A stretch of 55,702 bases of DNA, counting the filler, from Sphacelaria rigidula (Eukaryota): the NCBI GenBank assembly GCA_964200075.2. It is 5 parts of 5 records of this genome, joined end to end, with 100 filler letters (N's around TTAATTAATTAA, not from the genome) between each part and the next. Parts side by side here need not be neighbours in the genome. Positions count along the whole stretch, not along the records: positions 22,323 to 33,382 come from CAXNAA020005457.1; positions 33,483 to 44,542 come from CAXNAA020005458.1; 3 more parts are not named here. One strand, 5' to 3'. Position 1 is the first letter of the stretch. Each line of letters begins with the position of its first letter. The notes under the pieces were generated by a model that was not told where the DNA came from, did not search any database, and worked only from the letters and a program-made list of their open reading frames with translations. The position numbers were made by a program, and so were the translations under genes. Positions 23,915 to 36,411 of the stretch are shown here, in pieces.

Positions 23915-25620
23915 TCCCAGTCTTCCCACTCCTGCAGAACGTTCTCTCCATTCTACACGTCGACAGGGAGTGTATGGAAATGTTGGAGAACGATGCATTC
24001 GGTGAGGCTGTCGATCTTGAGTAGCTCTCGGGGAGGGAACTGGGTCCCGGCGCCGTTCAATCGTGTATCCCCCGGACTGCCTAACTGGTCTCCTCAAGCG
24101 TTGGTGTTGGCCCAAGTAGTACTGAATACACGGTGGCTAGTGCTGCCAGTGGCTGCTTCACCTCCTTGATGATGACCCGGTTCAGTCCGGGGAATTTGGC
24201 GTTGAGCAGGGTGCCGAAGAATCTTGCCCACCATCGTAGGATGTACCCTTTGTTCTTCGGCAGGACAATGTTCTGGTCCTTGACAAACTGTTGCCTCCGC
24301 CGATTACTTCCAGCCAAGGCTCACCGATTTCGCGAGGTTTTGTACAGATCCCTCATGCCGCGATCTTTGTAGATCATTCATGGGCTCGCCACATACCTCT
24401 CCAAATGGATATGGATGCCGTCGTGTATTGCTGTACTTCCTCCCTTGCACGCGGCTCTGAGGGCTGTCCACGTTGTTGGGGGTCCTGTTGCTCTCTTTGA
24501 GTCGGCGTGCCTCCCTCGTTTGGCGAGAGCTGCCTCTGTTGCTGCTCGTGTTTCCGGGCTTTCGCAGCACTCGGGCACGCATAGTATCCGCGTCTCTGCC
24601 GGGTGTCCTGTCGACGCTGCTACCAGTATAGCTTTGTTATCCTATCCTCCCTCGCGGCCGCCGGTGCGGTGGTGGTTGGCTGGCATGCTCGCTCGCTCGC
24701 CGAGGTTGTGGAGAAAAATGTCCATCACGTGCCACCGTGCTTCATCGATCTGTAACTGCTGTCGGCTGGATTACCCCCTGTTCCGCCTTGATCCATACTA
24801 TGCGGTTGTGGGCGAGGCGGTCACCGAAGTCGACAGCCACCACCGCGTTGTGGTCCGAGTCTATTACGGCCGGAAGTATGGGTTGGGGGTGTGAATCTTC
24901 GTTGCGTCCTCTACCTCTGTGTGCCTTCCGCATGAGTCTGTTGTCCATGCGCTTGAAGTCGCTCGCGCGGTTTCCCTGCGACGCTGTTCCATGTGTTCGG
25001 AACTCCGCCTTCCTACGTGACGGCGAGTTTGTTGCCTGTTGCGAATGTCAACAGTAGCCTAACGCTATCGTCCAGCTCATCTGATCCGTAGTGCCGAGAG
25101 TCCCTCGGTCCTGCAGACTCTCTCCTAGCCTCCTCCCCGTTCGCGCGTGGGTGTTCATGAACATAAAATACACACTCCATTGACGGAACCCGCTGTGCGA
25201 GACTGGCGAGCCCGTCCCAGAACGCGTGTTCGATTTGGTCCTTTGCGACGTCAGTTGATGCATACGCACCAGTTACGAAGTTGACCGCTCCGCCTCGGCT
25301 CGACATCATTGTTTTGCTCGATGGTGTGAGTGGTGTTGTTGCAAATCGACTATTTGACAGCAGACCGCCCACGTATCTCGCTTCCACAGCAGAATACTCT
25401 GAACCCTGGTGCTGCACAGTCCGTTCGTTCTGCCCTTTTCTCCGGCAGCCCTACCACCGAAACGCCTGGTCCCGCTGCCTCGTACGAGACTCTGTAGTCT
25501 CGCCCCCACCCGTTAGCTCCCTTTACAGCGAGAATTCTGACATTGTAAGTGGCTACCCTAACAAGTTGACTACGCTGCCTCGGCCGGGCTACGCGTGTTG
25601 CTTCCTATAATAGCAGCCTG
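23915..25620 (-). pseudogene. Decayed RTE-like LINE: apurinic endonuclease domain and tether, ending before the RT core
   Basis: Minus-strand fragments RVATYNVRILAVKGANGWGRD, VVGLPE, VNFVTGAYASTDVAKD..HAFWDGL, LLLTFATGNKLAVT, SDHNAVVA, APGPSSLPELLK, VLQHFH; many frameshifts and stops. Confidence 0.85.
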
Positions 25621-26230
25621 GGTCCAGCCCGACCTTTCCTCCTCTCCTTCAAGGTCTTTTTTACTCTTACTTTCTTTGTATGGCGTCGTCGGTTCTCTGG
25701 CTGCCTTTACAAGCACGGCACTTGTCTTCAGTACACGTAAATGGAACTCGCCGTGTGTCCGACTTTATTCCTTGCACGCTTCTTTTGCGTGCTCCCTCGC
25801 GGTGTGTAGTCCCTCAATTCCTGCCTGAGTTTCCCTCGCTGCGGTCTCCGCTCCTGCTTAGCCCCAAAAGAAGAGAGGAAGGAGTTAAGTCGGGCAGTAG
25901 GGGAGTTGCATCTACCTGTGATGGAAGGCAAGCACCATGCTATCAAAGGCGGTCACAAAACCGACGACGCAAAGAAGAGATATTGAAACGAGTAGGAAGG
26001 AAAGGAGGAGTCGGGCTAGGTGAGGCAGTGGAATCAAACTTGTCAAAGGCAGACACTTCCTATGTCAGTACTCTCGCTGTCAGGAGGGTCAACGGGTGAG
26101 GACGAGACTATTGTGAGAACGGAAGGAAAACAAATAGGAGAGATGAATTCGATGCTGCATGTAGGATAGGTTGATGCGCAATTACTGTGTTTTCAGAATC
26201 ATGTGCATACAAATTCAAGTTATAATCGAT

Positions 26231-26458
26231 GGCAGGTCGGGTCGGGTATGTACTTTTGAGGTCCCGGCTATGATATCCCTGCATCTACTCTACACAAGTG
26301 TCGGCTGAATTGGGAACCATCTCAATACATGACCCCGACAGTAGGGGGGTACAGGATATTACTTGGGTGTAATTTCAATGCTCTACCCAATGTTCCGGGT
26401 ACTGAAAACAGGATATTTCAAAATACCCGGGTATCGGATATACCCTACCCGATCTGCC
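26231..26458. mobile_element. MITE family C with 19-bp TIRs
   Basis: GGCAGGTCGGGTCGGGTAT ... ATACCCTACCCGATCTGCC (17/19 inverted match). Confidence 0.75.
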
Positions 26459-29164
26459 CTTGCAACGTTTCCAAGGCTTGAAAATATGGAGAGGCGAAGA
26501 GTTGCATGCGAGCCGTGCTCATTCGAGCACATGAAACGAACCAAGTTAGGACTTGACCAAATCCCCTCCGACACACAACTCGGAGCATATTCGCCACGCA
26601 GCTCGGGATAATACCAGGAGCATACCGGGCAACGGCACTGTTACTCTGCTGTGCCCTGTACCGTACCGTACATCGTGTGTGTGTTGCTATGCAGTGTAGC
26701 GTGCAGCTTGATGTCCATGTGTTGACTGTCTGTACAAGTACTACTGTGGTCACAGCCCGCTTGATGTTTTTGTTTTGTTGCAAATCTCGTTCCCGACGAA
26801 CGTTGACACTACAAAAATAGTCTGATCTTCTCGACGAGATGTGCGAAAAGGGCATCCCAGTGCCGCGTACGAAGCGATGTAATATGAGAGAAAATTGAGT
26901 GTTACGATGGAACATCTACTTGCTTGCCGGTGCACACATGCAACCCCGACTCTCGCCGAAATAAATCACGCTTTTTGTGCTGTGGTGAGGTATAATTACG
27001 TCGGGTTCCTGGAAGGACGTTTGTGACAAGCCATGATCCATCACTGGGTACCCAGCAGCTGCTGTGTGATTACCTGCATTTATATATACATATATATATG
27101 TGATGCTATTGGTTCACTGCACCAAGCCTGTTTTTGCCAAAATCATCAAGAACGTTACACTATACCAGGCGCGTAAGAGTAAGAGCATTCCACATGTACA
27201 CATACTTCAGAGTATTTCTTCACCGTTACGTGACCCGAAGAGCGCATGCTTACGACAACTTCGGCGGAGGAGTTTGCTGACCGCAGTTCAGTAAAAATAG
27301 TCAAGCCTCGAGGAAGCACGGAAAATTGACGTGTACGCTTTTGATGAAAGATTACACCGTTGGAAAATTGCCCTAATAGAGGGAGCCGACACCTTCTTGT
27401 CCAGGGGCCATTCCCCCTCTGCGCCGATTTCTCGGGAACAATATGTACGTCTCGCGGTTTCTACCCCGTGGCGCCTCGTGTTCATACCACGTGAGAAAAT
27501 ATGCTAGAGACAGTTGTCCCAACCGTGTTGTGCGTGCGTAGTCTGCGGAGCGTTTTGTGATGCCTCGAGAGGCACCCAATTTTACGCTTTTCCTCCCCTA
27601 CCAAGAAGTACCGGAGTATGATTTTGTTTCCAATTTGTCTATCGGTGTAATATCAAGGGCCGCCGAGAGAACCGTGAGCCAATACTAGTTTCAAGTATCA
27701 TATTGTACGACAGGATGAAGGGGGAGGCAGGGGGGGCAGTCGTATGTCGGGCACTTCGTGAGCCCGGACCTGTGTCGATCGCAGTACCGTACTTTACATC
27801 CGCGGAATCCACCATTGAAGAACATAGTTGGCCGGGCCGTTTTTTTTTTCTTTCTTGCATCACGCGTCGAATCCTGATGGGCAAAAAAGACATCACCCCG
27901 GACCGACAGAAAAACATATTCATTTTTTCTTTCAACTACTTTTTGTTCTTCAATAGATGCCAAGTGTTCCGATGACAATTCATCATAGCTCGCTCGGGGC
28001 ATTGATCTGTGTTCATCTTGGCTGTATCTAGAGAGACGTTTTGTGGGCGTGCGCGCACGCGTTCGCGTTTCCGATGTATGCGTTAGCAGCCCGCTCGCCG
28101 CGCGCTCCTGTTGTCCCATGTGGTTTCCAGTACGCGTTATTTTCCAACCCTTCTTGCGCAGACAGAGCGCTATTTCCCCACTATTCAGGAGTAGTGCTAC
28201 TAGTCAGTGCACACAGCAATATTGCCGGGGCTCTGCAATGCTAAAGCCCGCACATGATTTTTCTCTCCGGCAAAATCCCGACACGAAATACGAAGTGCTC
28301 AGACAACGTAACTCCCACACATGTATGCACGGTGTATGTACACGTGTTACGAACTTCTTCACACACGGACACAGCCTGCTATCATCGGAACGGTAATTTG
28401 AACCCCGGGTGTGGCTTCAGCGTGGAGATGTTGTTCCACAATCTTTTTCTTTCTCAACCATGCGATACAGGGACTAAGTGCACGGGTCCCAATGACCTCT
28501 TGGTTTCTTCAGTCGATGCCCTTCTTTTTTTGAGACGCCAGGTCTTACTTTTTCAGCATGGGCCGTTGTTACTTGCGGGCTTTTGATCTGCAGGGGGAGA
28601 CTGCAGAAGTGAGTGGGGCGGTTGCTGCTTCGCCGATAACCACCGTTCAATTCTACTGCTCTTCTAAAGCACTTTTGGAATTGAACGTGGTGACTGGCGA
28701 GAGCTGCAAGCAACGTTCAACAGTCAGTTGCAATCATTCCGTCGAGAGTGCCTCGCTACTCGAGGCAGCGGTGTCATATGGAATCTGGGTTGGAAATGGC
28801 CTGGGTATTTGTTGTTCTGAGATTCCATACCTTCGCCTCCCGAAATGACAACCCCCATTCGCTCTTACTCGTAGGAACCGACGCGTTTTCTGTACGATGA
28901 AAAGCAAAATATGTATGTAGATCAGTGGCATCGTTCGCTAGTTGAGGAACTTTCGCGTTTTTTGCGACTCGTGAAGGTTGGATCACGCATGCAGGACCGG
29001 CTGGGACGAGTCATGCGTTGTGAGCTGCGGCAAGACTAATTCGTCTCGGTTTAAGCTTTTTTTTTTCAAAACTTCTTTTACCTGAAGGACAGGTGTGCTG
29101 TACGTTGCAGTCTAATCAACGTACCACCCACAAATATAATTACATATGTCAATACTGTCGCACC

Positions 29165-29466
29165 ATGAACCCCTCCCCTTCTTCGGGTCGAGTCCGTGGT
29201 CTCAAGGGATCAACCAACCCATCTTTGCCCGGCACACGTCTTGCATTTTGGTCTCGTGGATTGGGTCATGACTACCAGCACTCCCGCACCGCGTCAACTC
29301 ACGTCGTCAAACAAACGCAGTCAACTACTTTGTCTACTCACGTTCTCACACTTTCCACCGTGGAAATCAGATACTACGAAGAAAAAACCCAACGCACCGG
29401 GAATATAATTCTCGTTCTCTCCACCCTAATGGCGACAGTCGGACCATTACACCACCGGGAAACGGC
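29165..29466 (-). mobile_element. SINE family B with tRNA-like head
   Basis: Minus-strand head GCCGTTTCCCGGTGGTGTAATGGT (A-box). Body homologous to 52270-52505; terminal GGGCGAGTCCGTGGTCTCAAGGGA motif also near 5130 and 37360. Confidence 0.65.
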
Positions 29467-29479
29467 AAAATAGCGTATA

Positions 29480-31110
29480 CTATTTGCACTCAGAGAGGAG
29501 CTCGGGATCGGTCGCACCAAGGAGGCAACCTTGTGTCTGCAAGATTTGAACAACGTGTCGCACCCCCGAATTCGTTGCCGCCAGACATGGCGGCTGCATA
29601 GTCCAGGCGCCATGTCCAAAGCTGCATCATTAATAGTCTTACTAGGTACGGCTCACGACGCGCACGGACCGTACCTTACCGAGGCAGAATAACCCGAAAG
29701 CATTGCTCATACAGACTGTACAAGGAGAAGATTAGCACAGAGAATGGCTCCCAGCAGTGCGTGTGGGCAGGCGCAGGTCATCTGCACAATGAGCCAACGG
29801 TGGTGCTACTAATGGCATGGGGGCGCACGTTTCTCCCATGCGGCTGCCCTGTTTGTTGTGTAGTTCGAGAGGGGGGTGTTGTATCGCATGATATTCTGAC
29901 CCTCTCTACTGCTCCGCTGGAAGAAACAACACGCAGACAGCGGTTTTTGGTGTCCCAACAGGATAATGCGAAGTCGAATCGACCCACCGTGCTCTCCAAA
30001 GTTGGGAAGCACAGTGTGTAGTAATATGTGCACTGCCGGCAGCTGTAGACGCCATGCGTGCGCTACCATATCGGGCTTGCGAACACAATTCTTATCGCTG
30101 CTGGGGGGGCGCAGCTGCTGCTGTGGTGCACAAGTCCTAGTAATTTCGGTGATTGCTGCCACACTGCGCTTGTCGGTTTACACCGTAATCGCATGACACG
30201 CTCGAAAAATCCGGACTTTTTCAAGGGTATGAGCAGCGGCAAGCACGTGCATGTATGTGCGTGCGGAGAGGGAGAGTCTTGATGTGAACACGCTTCGGCT
30301 TGGAATGCACCACCAGCTGGACGCGTGAAAGGCACGTGCGGCAATGTAGGGGTAGGATTTATCAGTAGATACCCGCAGTTTGAATGCAGGCGCAAACGCT
30401 CTGGTTCGCAATACCGGTCGGAATCCATCGGGAGATGTCAGGGTATCCAGGTCTGGGGTCCACAATGTTCGGAGCGCATCACCAGCTGGAAGCACGTCGG
30501 CAGTTGAAGCAGTATTGTGGCGGGAAATTGACAGCATATGCGCCCAGTTTTGATGCAGGCGCCATGTTTCTGTCCGCGATATCGATCGGTATATATCAGG
30601 GAGTGTCGTGGTATCCGGCTCTTGACAGCACATACGGTACCATTTCGCTGGATATCTTCCTCTTTACACTACAGTTTCGCTGACGATATGGTGTTCCGCT
30701 GGTCCCGGGTACGCATTTGTGATGCACGAGCAGGTGTTTGCGGTCTCAAGGCGTCTCTGTAAACCGTGCTGTAGCCGTGCATTCAAATCCGCATCATGTC
30801 TGAAACGGTCAGCTGGGTTATACTGTAGCAGTAGCAGAGAGATTTTCTTCGAAAATGGCGTTGAACATTCGAATAAGGTTCAACTCCAAAACAGTGCTTT
30901 AACCCCTAGACCGCGATGCGGGTAGTCCATCCGGATCATGTATCTTTTTTTCGAGTGAAATTGGTGCCGATTCAATGCATGACATACTCTCTGTCTAAGG
31001 GTTAACCCCTATTTTCTCGCCTTGCACAGAATTTTCGAGTATTTGGATCGCATTCCCACCCGCAGCCCCTCGATACTCTTGACATCGACTTTTTCTCGCC
31101 AACTCATTGT
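29480..31110 (-). pseudogene. Decayed Mutator-like (MULE) transposase
   Basis: Minus-strand fragments in MULE order: YSKILCKARK, RDQRNTI...CKEED (G.D.NN.I..A.A...E), SLIYTDRYRG (second Asp), FPA..CFNCRR (CxxH region), then a SWIM-like TQQTGQP segment. Heavily frameshifted. Confidence 0.55.
30903..31001. mobile_element. 99-bp piggyBac-type mini-element
   Basis: TTAA|CCCCTAGAC ... GTCTAAGGG|TTAA: TTAA on both sides and an 8/9 TIR resembling the piggyBac CCCTAGA end. Confidence 0.65.
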
Positions 31111-32154
31111 TCTCACACTTGTCGTATAACCAAACCTCGAACACACGCAATCACACGCACACACGCATCGCAATACAAAAAGATGATAGTTTTCCTTGTG
31201 TTCGAACTGGAACCCACCCACAGAAGCAGCTCTAAGCAGGATTCATGTATGTGCCCGTTCAACACCGCCGGGGCGGCGCAAGGGAGTTAACATAGCATAT
31301 ACTTGTACCGTGCCGTGAGAAATGCATCAACACATGAATCTGGCTCTCCATAGTTCATAAGATAACGAACGAAAAAAAAGTGAATTAAACTCCCTGAAAT
31401 ATATTGGCGCGGCACCCCTCCTCGTTCTCTTCACGCTCGATCAAGAGTTGCCACCCCGCTACGGCAAAGGTTTTGTTGTTTTTCACAAGATGGAATGGTA
31501 CTATTGTAATGGCGTTTTTGTTTGCAAAGAAAGCATTCGTTTTATCATAAGGTGATTTATTTGTTTCCTGGTTATGTTCTCTTCTTCCCTTTGCTGGAGA
31601 AGGGTTGACCTCGTATTTTTCACCCCCCCTCCGGACAACGTCAACCCTGTTTTTTGTTGTCGTTGCCCACACTGTTTACCCAAGGTTTTTGGATCCGGAG
31701 TGGTGGAGGAAGAGCGCTGGGCGTAAGGAGGATTCCGAGATGTTTCGGGAGCTTACGTTCCGGCTGGGGTTCCTTATGCAGGTAGGCGTGTCCCTATACC
31801 ATAATTCCATAGTGAGACAAGATCGTTGAAACATCGGCTGTTGTTCTGGTTGGTTGTCCGGTGATCGTCCTTCTCTTACGTATACATCATACTATATCTC
31901 CAGTGGGAAACTAAACTCTCTGTGACGTAAGATGAAAATGTGTTCCTCTGTTCGTCTGTCAGACACCCATAACGCACTCCTCAGGCCTGACCCTTCCCAT
32001 TTTTCACACCTGGACCAGCTCATGGTTATACCTCTAGTAAGTGATCAAAGTAGAATCTCAGACCCGTTGTTCCAAAAACACGAAACACGTGACCGCAGGT
32101 TTGAAGAAGCCGCGGCGAATTCTTTGCGCTACAACGCGTGGTCGGCGTCCCACG

Positions 32155-32156
<2 letters not shown>

Positions 32157-32213
<57 letters not shown>

Positions 32214-32677
32214 TCTCATCCATTCTTGGACACCAGCTCACTGTACACCTTTCGGTATATGTGGGCGTATCAGCCGGGGCCACACAGGAGGAAAGTCAAC
32301 GCAGACAGTACTTTTTCATGTTGTTTCAGTACTTCACCTTCCTTCTGTGCTGTTCTCCTCATTTTAATTTATCGCGGGATTAGGTGCGGGGATCACTTTC
32401 ACTCGTCGACCGTGAATTCAAACTTTTTGTACTCAAGACAAAACCGCTCTCCACTGTCGGGCGGTATATGAGAGAAAATCCCAGATCATCCGCATTCACC
32501 GAGATTCGAACCCACGTCCCACCCGCTATAATATAGAGTTTTCAAAGTTACCATAAAGTGTGCTGCGTATAGTATCGACTATTGCGCCTATTGCGACAGA
32601 CAATATATTCCATACTGTACGCAGTACATTTTTTGACAATATAATGTGTTGTCCAGATGTTACCAACTGAGCCAGCA
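32157..32677 (-). mobile_element. SINE family A, near full length, with (CA)n tail and internal insertion
   Basis: Minus-strand A-box GGCTCAGTTGGTAAC (~32659-32674), B-box GGGTTCGAATCTC (~32501-32513), body as at 14881, (GT)n run 32157-32207. Confidence 0.8.
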
Positions 32678-32722
32678 ATGATGGGAAGAGGGGCCAAAAG
32701 AGCTACGAGTACTATAGCTCAT

Positions 32723-32853
32723 TAGAGAGTTTCGGAAAACAAAAACAGGCCGGAAAAAACTCGGGGATAATTATCGTTTTGATTGAATTTTAGAAACAAG
32801 ACGCAAATTATCGCTGAGTTTTTGGCTCAAAATTTTGTTTCCGAAACTCTCTA
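32723..32853. mobile_element. ~130-bp MITE
   Basis: TAGAGAGTTTCGGAAAACAAAA ... TTTTGTTTCCGAAACTCTCTA inverted termini. Confidence 0.7.
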
Positions 32854-32879
32854 TTATCCAAATCAGCACCCTAAAAGAG

Positions 32880-33081
32880 GTATCTCAAACTCGGTTCCCG
32901 GTTTCCTGGTTTGTTTTGTTCTATTTTCCAAGTGAAAGTGATGGCGATTCATGAAATGGTGAGGTCCTTTGACGGCCAGGTCAGGTCCTGTTACGAGTCG
33001 CCATCACTTTCACTTGAAAAAATAGTCCAAAATCCAGAGCCAGCGAATAAACCAGGAAACCGGGAATCGAGTTTGAGATAC
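32880..33081. mobile_element. ~200-bp foldback element
   Basis: GTATCTCAAACTCGGTTCCCGGTTTCCTGGTTT..CAAGTGAAAGTGATGGCGA is mirrored by TCGCCATCACTTTCACTTG..AAACCAGGAAACCGGGAATCGAGTTTGAGATAC. Confidence 0.8.
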
Positions 33082-33382
33082 TGTACCTCTGATAGGTGGT
33101 AATCCTGAGGTAGCTCATGAGCTGTCCGGTGTGTGCAATTCTAAGATTTTTTTCATCTCCTAATCCCTTGCCGCTTTGACCCTCGTCTGGCAACGACTAC
33201 CAACGGTGATTACACCAACACTACTCCTCCCGGGCTGGTGTGTGTGACGACTTCTCGACATTTGACTGAAAGAGTCCACTCGTGGGGGGGGGGGGGGGGG
33301 GGGGGGGAGGAGTATATGTTCTTGGCCCCCTCCAGCCCCCACCGCCGGGGGATTTCCCTTGGTTTTAGGGTACTTTTTTTTT

Positions 33383-33482
33383 NNNNNNNNNNNNNNNNNN
33401 NNNNNNNNNNNNNNNNNNNNNNNNNNTTAATTAATTAANNNNNNNNNNNNNNNNNNNNNNNNNNNNNNNNNNNNNNNNNNNN
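33383..33482. other. Artificial contig linker
   Basis: Same 44N-TTAATTAATTAA-44N spacer. Confidence 0.98.
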
Positions 33483-33754
33483 CTGATGACTATGGCATGC
33501 ATGATCATGAGTACCCCCCCCCCCCCACCCTGCCCCGCCCACCTCCGTTTTCAGAATATTGTTGCGGTTATGCGTGGGCGTTTAGTCCCTACTTTTCAGC
33601 TGGGGGGAATGACGTCTCTCAGGCGCAGTCTGTTGTTCGAACGACGTCGAAGTTCTGTGTAATTTCACCTTTGTGTGGTATCTCTAATTTTTTTTGTTTT
33701 TTTTTCCTGTTTTTTTTTTTCCCACCCCCTCTTCCCCCTTCTTAATTCTCGCAG

Positions 33755-33920
33755 ACGAGCTCGGGCAGTAATGATGAGGTTGGGAGTACCGATCGTGGAG
33801 GCGGATCTGATCGTGAAGGACCAGGCATGGGCGACGCCTCCGCAAGACGGTCGGCACTATCACAAGCTTGTACCCATGGAGGTGTTCGACTTGTTCGGTC
33901 GCCTCACGTCTCCGTACTAG
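33755..33920 (+). CDS. Probable terminal exon of an SGNH/GDSL-fold protein (DxxH motif)
   Basis: Long pyrimidine tract + GCAG acceptor (33751-33754). GC-rich frame RARAVMMRLGVPIVEADLIVKDQAWATPPQDGRHYHKLVPMEVFDLFGRLTSPY*, with DGRHY in the usual block-V position. Confidence 0.6.
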
Positions 33921-34328
33921 AGCGCTGTGCGCCCTCTTGCCTTGCCTCATTTTCTCCTCCTGTGCAGTACGTGTGTTTTTTTACTCTCGGTTTTCGAAAG
34001 TTTTTTCCCCCGTGCACTGTCGTTTTGACTTGCTGATGACAGCGCCTGCTGGTTCCTTGTTGACGTTGGCGTGACGCTCGGTGATGTCTTGTTTTTACAT
34101 GGGGAGGGTCACGATACATGTGGTGTCTGGATTGAAACACCTTTCCCCCTCCCCCCCACATTTTTGCTCCATCAGAGTTGATGATTTCTCCGAAATAGCC
34201 TTTTTACGTCTCTTCTGTGTATCGCGTCAATTTTTCCCACCGTGTGGGCGCATTTGCCATTGCTGAGTGGTCTCGATGTTTTTATGTCTCCTGAATATCG
34301 TCGCGTGTCCGGACGGAGTAGACATTCC

Positions 34329-34685
34329 GTTGGTCTGCCTCTGATCCCCGTAGTTCCCACACCCTGGATGATGTCTATAGAGTACGCTGGCAAGATGTGT
34401 CCTGCCTACAGTATCGAGTGTTTGCCTCTATTTCCAAGCAAACAAGAAGTGTACTTACTCTGCACGGATATTCCCTTGGTCTCCCCCCGATCCCCGTTTT
34501 TTCCACACCCTGCATTATGATAGTAGAGTACGCCGGCAAGAAGTGTCCTGCCTACAGTGTCGAATGCTTGCGTCTATTGCCAAGCAAACAAGAAATGTAC
34601 GTACTCTGCGTGCGGTATCGAATGTTTGCGTCTGTTGCCAAGCGAACAAGAAGTGTACTTACTTACTGTGCGTACAGTATCGAAT
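34329..34685. repeat. Compound tandem duplication (~147-bp unit plus extra ~55-bp subunits)
   Basis: TAGAGTACGC.GGCAAGA.GTGTCCTGCCTACAGT twice; CCAAGC.AACAAGAA.TGTAC three times. Confidence 0.85.
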
Positions 34686-36362
34686 TTCGCCTCTCTATGA
34701 AAGACGGCAATATTCGATAATACCGTGCTCGGTGCAGGTCTGGCTGATGCCATTTATTGTCCAGGGTATCGTAGTTTATGAAAATATATTTTTCATGTTT
34801 CGTGTTCCATATTTTGGTTTTCCTCGATTACCTTGGAAACGTGTTTCGCTGCCGGAAGCCTTCGTATATACGTCGCTTTGAAAATATATGGTTTCCCACC
34901 ACGTTTCTAACGTTTGGCGGGTTGTGTGCCTGAGATTCATATACAGCACATTTATTTGATTACAGTGTACATCCTCCAACCGGCGTGCCCTGCAAATTCT
35001 GGTGAAGAGGCCGCATGCAGTGTAGCGGTGGACTCGCTTCACGGGGGAGAGTTCGATGTGGATGAGAGCGGGGCTAGTTTATTCTCTCTGCCGAATAACG
35101 GCGTTTTACCGGAGCTCCTTTGCTGCCTCCGGCCTTATGGCGGAAAACGATCGAGTGCGCGCTCGACAGTGTGATGGTGCGCTCTTCCGCACACTCACCG
35201 AGGAGCACTGTGTCCCCGTTCTTTTCATCAAGTCTTGCATAGCTTGTTGTTGGGTGGGTATTTGCAGCGATTTTGCTTTCAACTATGTGTGTAATGTAGT
35301 CTGCCGTGAGTAGCTAATGCCAGTGGCGGTAGTAGCGGTGTAGTGTACTGTTGAGGCGCGTAGACTCAGGAGCGTGTCAACGTTGTTAATAGCTTGTTGT
35401 CGTCGTAGCTGCTGCTGCTGCTGCTGTTTTCGGCTACCAAAGTTGCATATCTTGTGCGACCTCAGCTCCTCCACGTCTTACATCTGCCACGTGTGACTCG
35501 AAGCGACCCGTAGCGACCCGTAGTCGGGTCGAGGTTTTGGTTTGGCGAAGAACAAAAGTTCATCCAAGAGTGCCAGCCGTTTCTCGTAGGATATCATGCA
35601 TGAGAAAATTAACCTACGGACGTAGCTGAAGATCTCGATCGATTTTAACAAAAAAAAGGCGGGGGGGGGGGGGGGGGGGGGGGGGCAGGGGAAAGGAGTG
35701 TAGGTTCCGGATGGTTTTGTGTTAAGTGCAGGGGCAGTATCCAGCGCGGTAATATAGAGGCAGTATCTAGCGTGATAATGACAGTAGCGTGTGTGCTGGC
35801 CGTCAAGTAGTAATGTAACAATGTATGTCGTAAGGCCTCGAGTTTCTGGTAGGATCCATGAAGTGGGGCCTTGCATGAGGCGGAACGTATCGGAGGATGA
35901 CGAGTAAGTGAGGGCAGGTTAAGTCGGTTTTGTGTGCGGTGCAGATGCGTCCTTGCGCATCGTGACATTAGCAGGTGCGGGCAGGATAACCTAATGGTGT
36001 AACGGCGTATTTCGTGTAATTGTCGAGAGTGTTTTTGTCACTACACCCCTGTGTTTTCCTCCGTGAGGTGGGCTTTAGAGGCTGGACTTCTTTTCTTGTT
36101 ACGAATGGAACGATACCTTCACTCTAAGGGCGAAGTGGTGGTGATGAGAACGTTGATTCATTTATTTATTCTTCGATAGTGAAAATCGTGCTATTATCAT
36201 TTGGTATACTAACGATCTTCCGTGTTGATCGATGGGGTTTGCGGGGAAGGGTGCCGGCCTCATTCCTAACTTTTGTTTTTTATGTTCGTGCGTTTTTTTT
36301 CTTGTGTCTTGCGACAGCCACTGTGTACGTTGCACTGTGTACATTGCGTGGGAAAATGTACC

Positions 36363-36363
<1 letters not shown>

Positions 36364-36407
<44 letters not shown>
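36364..36407. repeat. (TA)n microsatellite
   Basis: Direct reading. Confidence 0.95.

Positions 36408-36411
<4 letters not shown>

Noticed and set aside
27100..28990. Coding-like fragments possibly from further DNA transposons
   Set aside because: No motif was clear enough to assign a family or boundaries.
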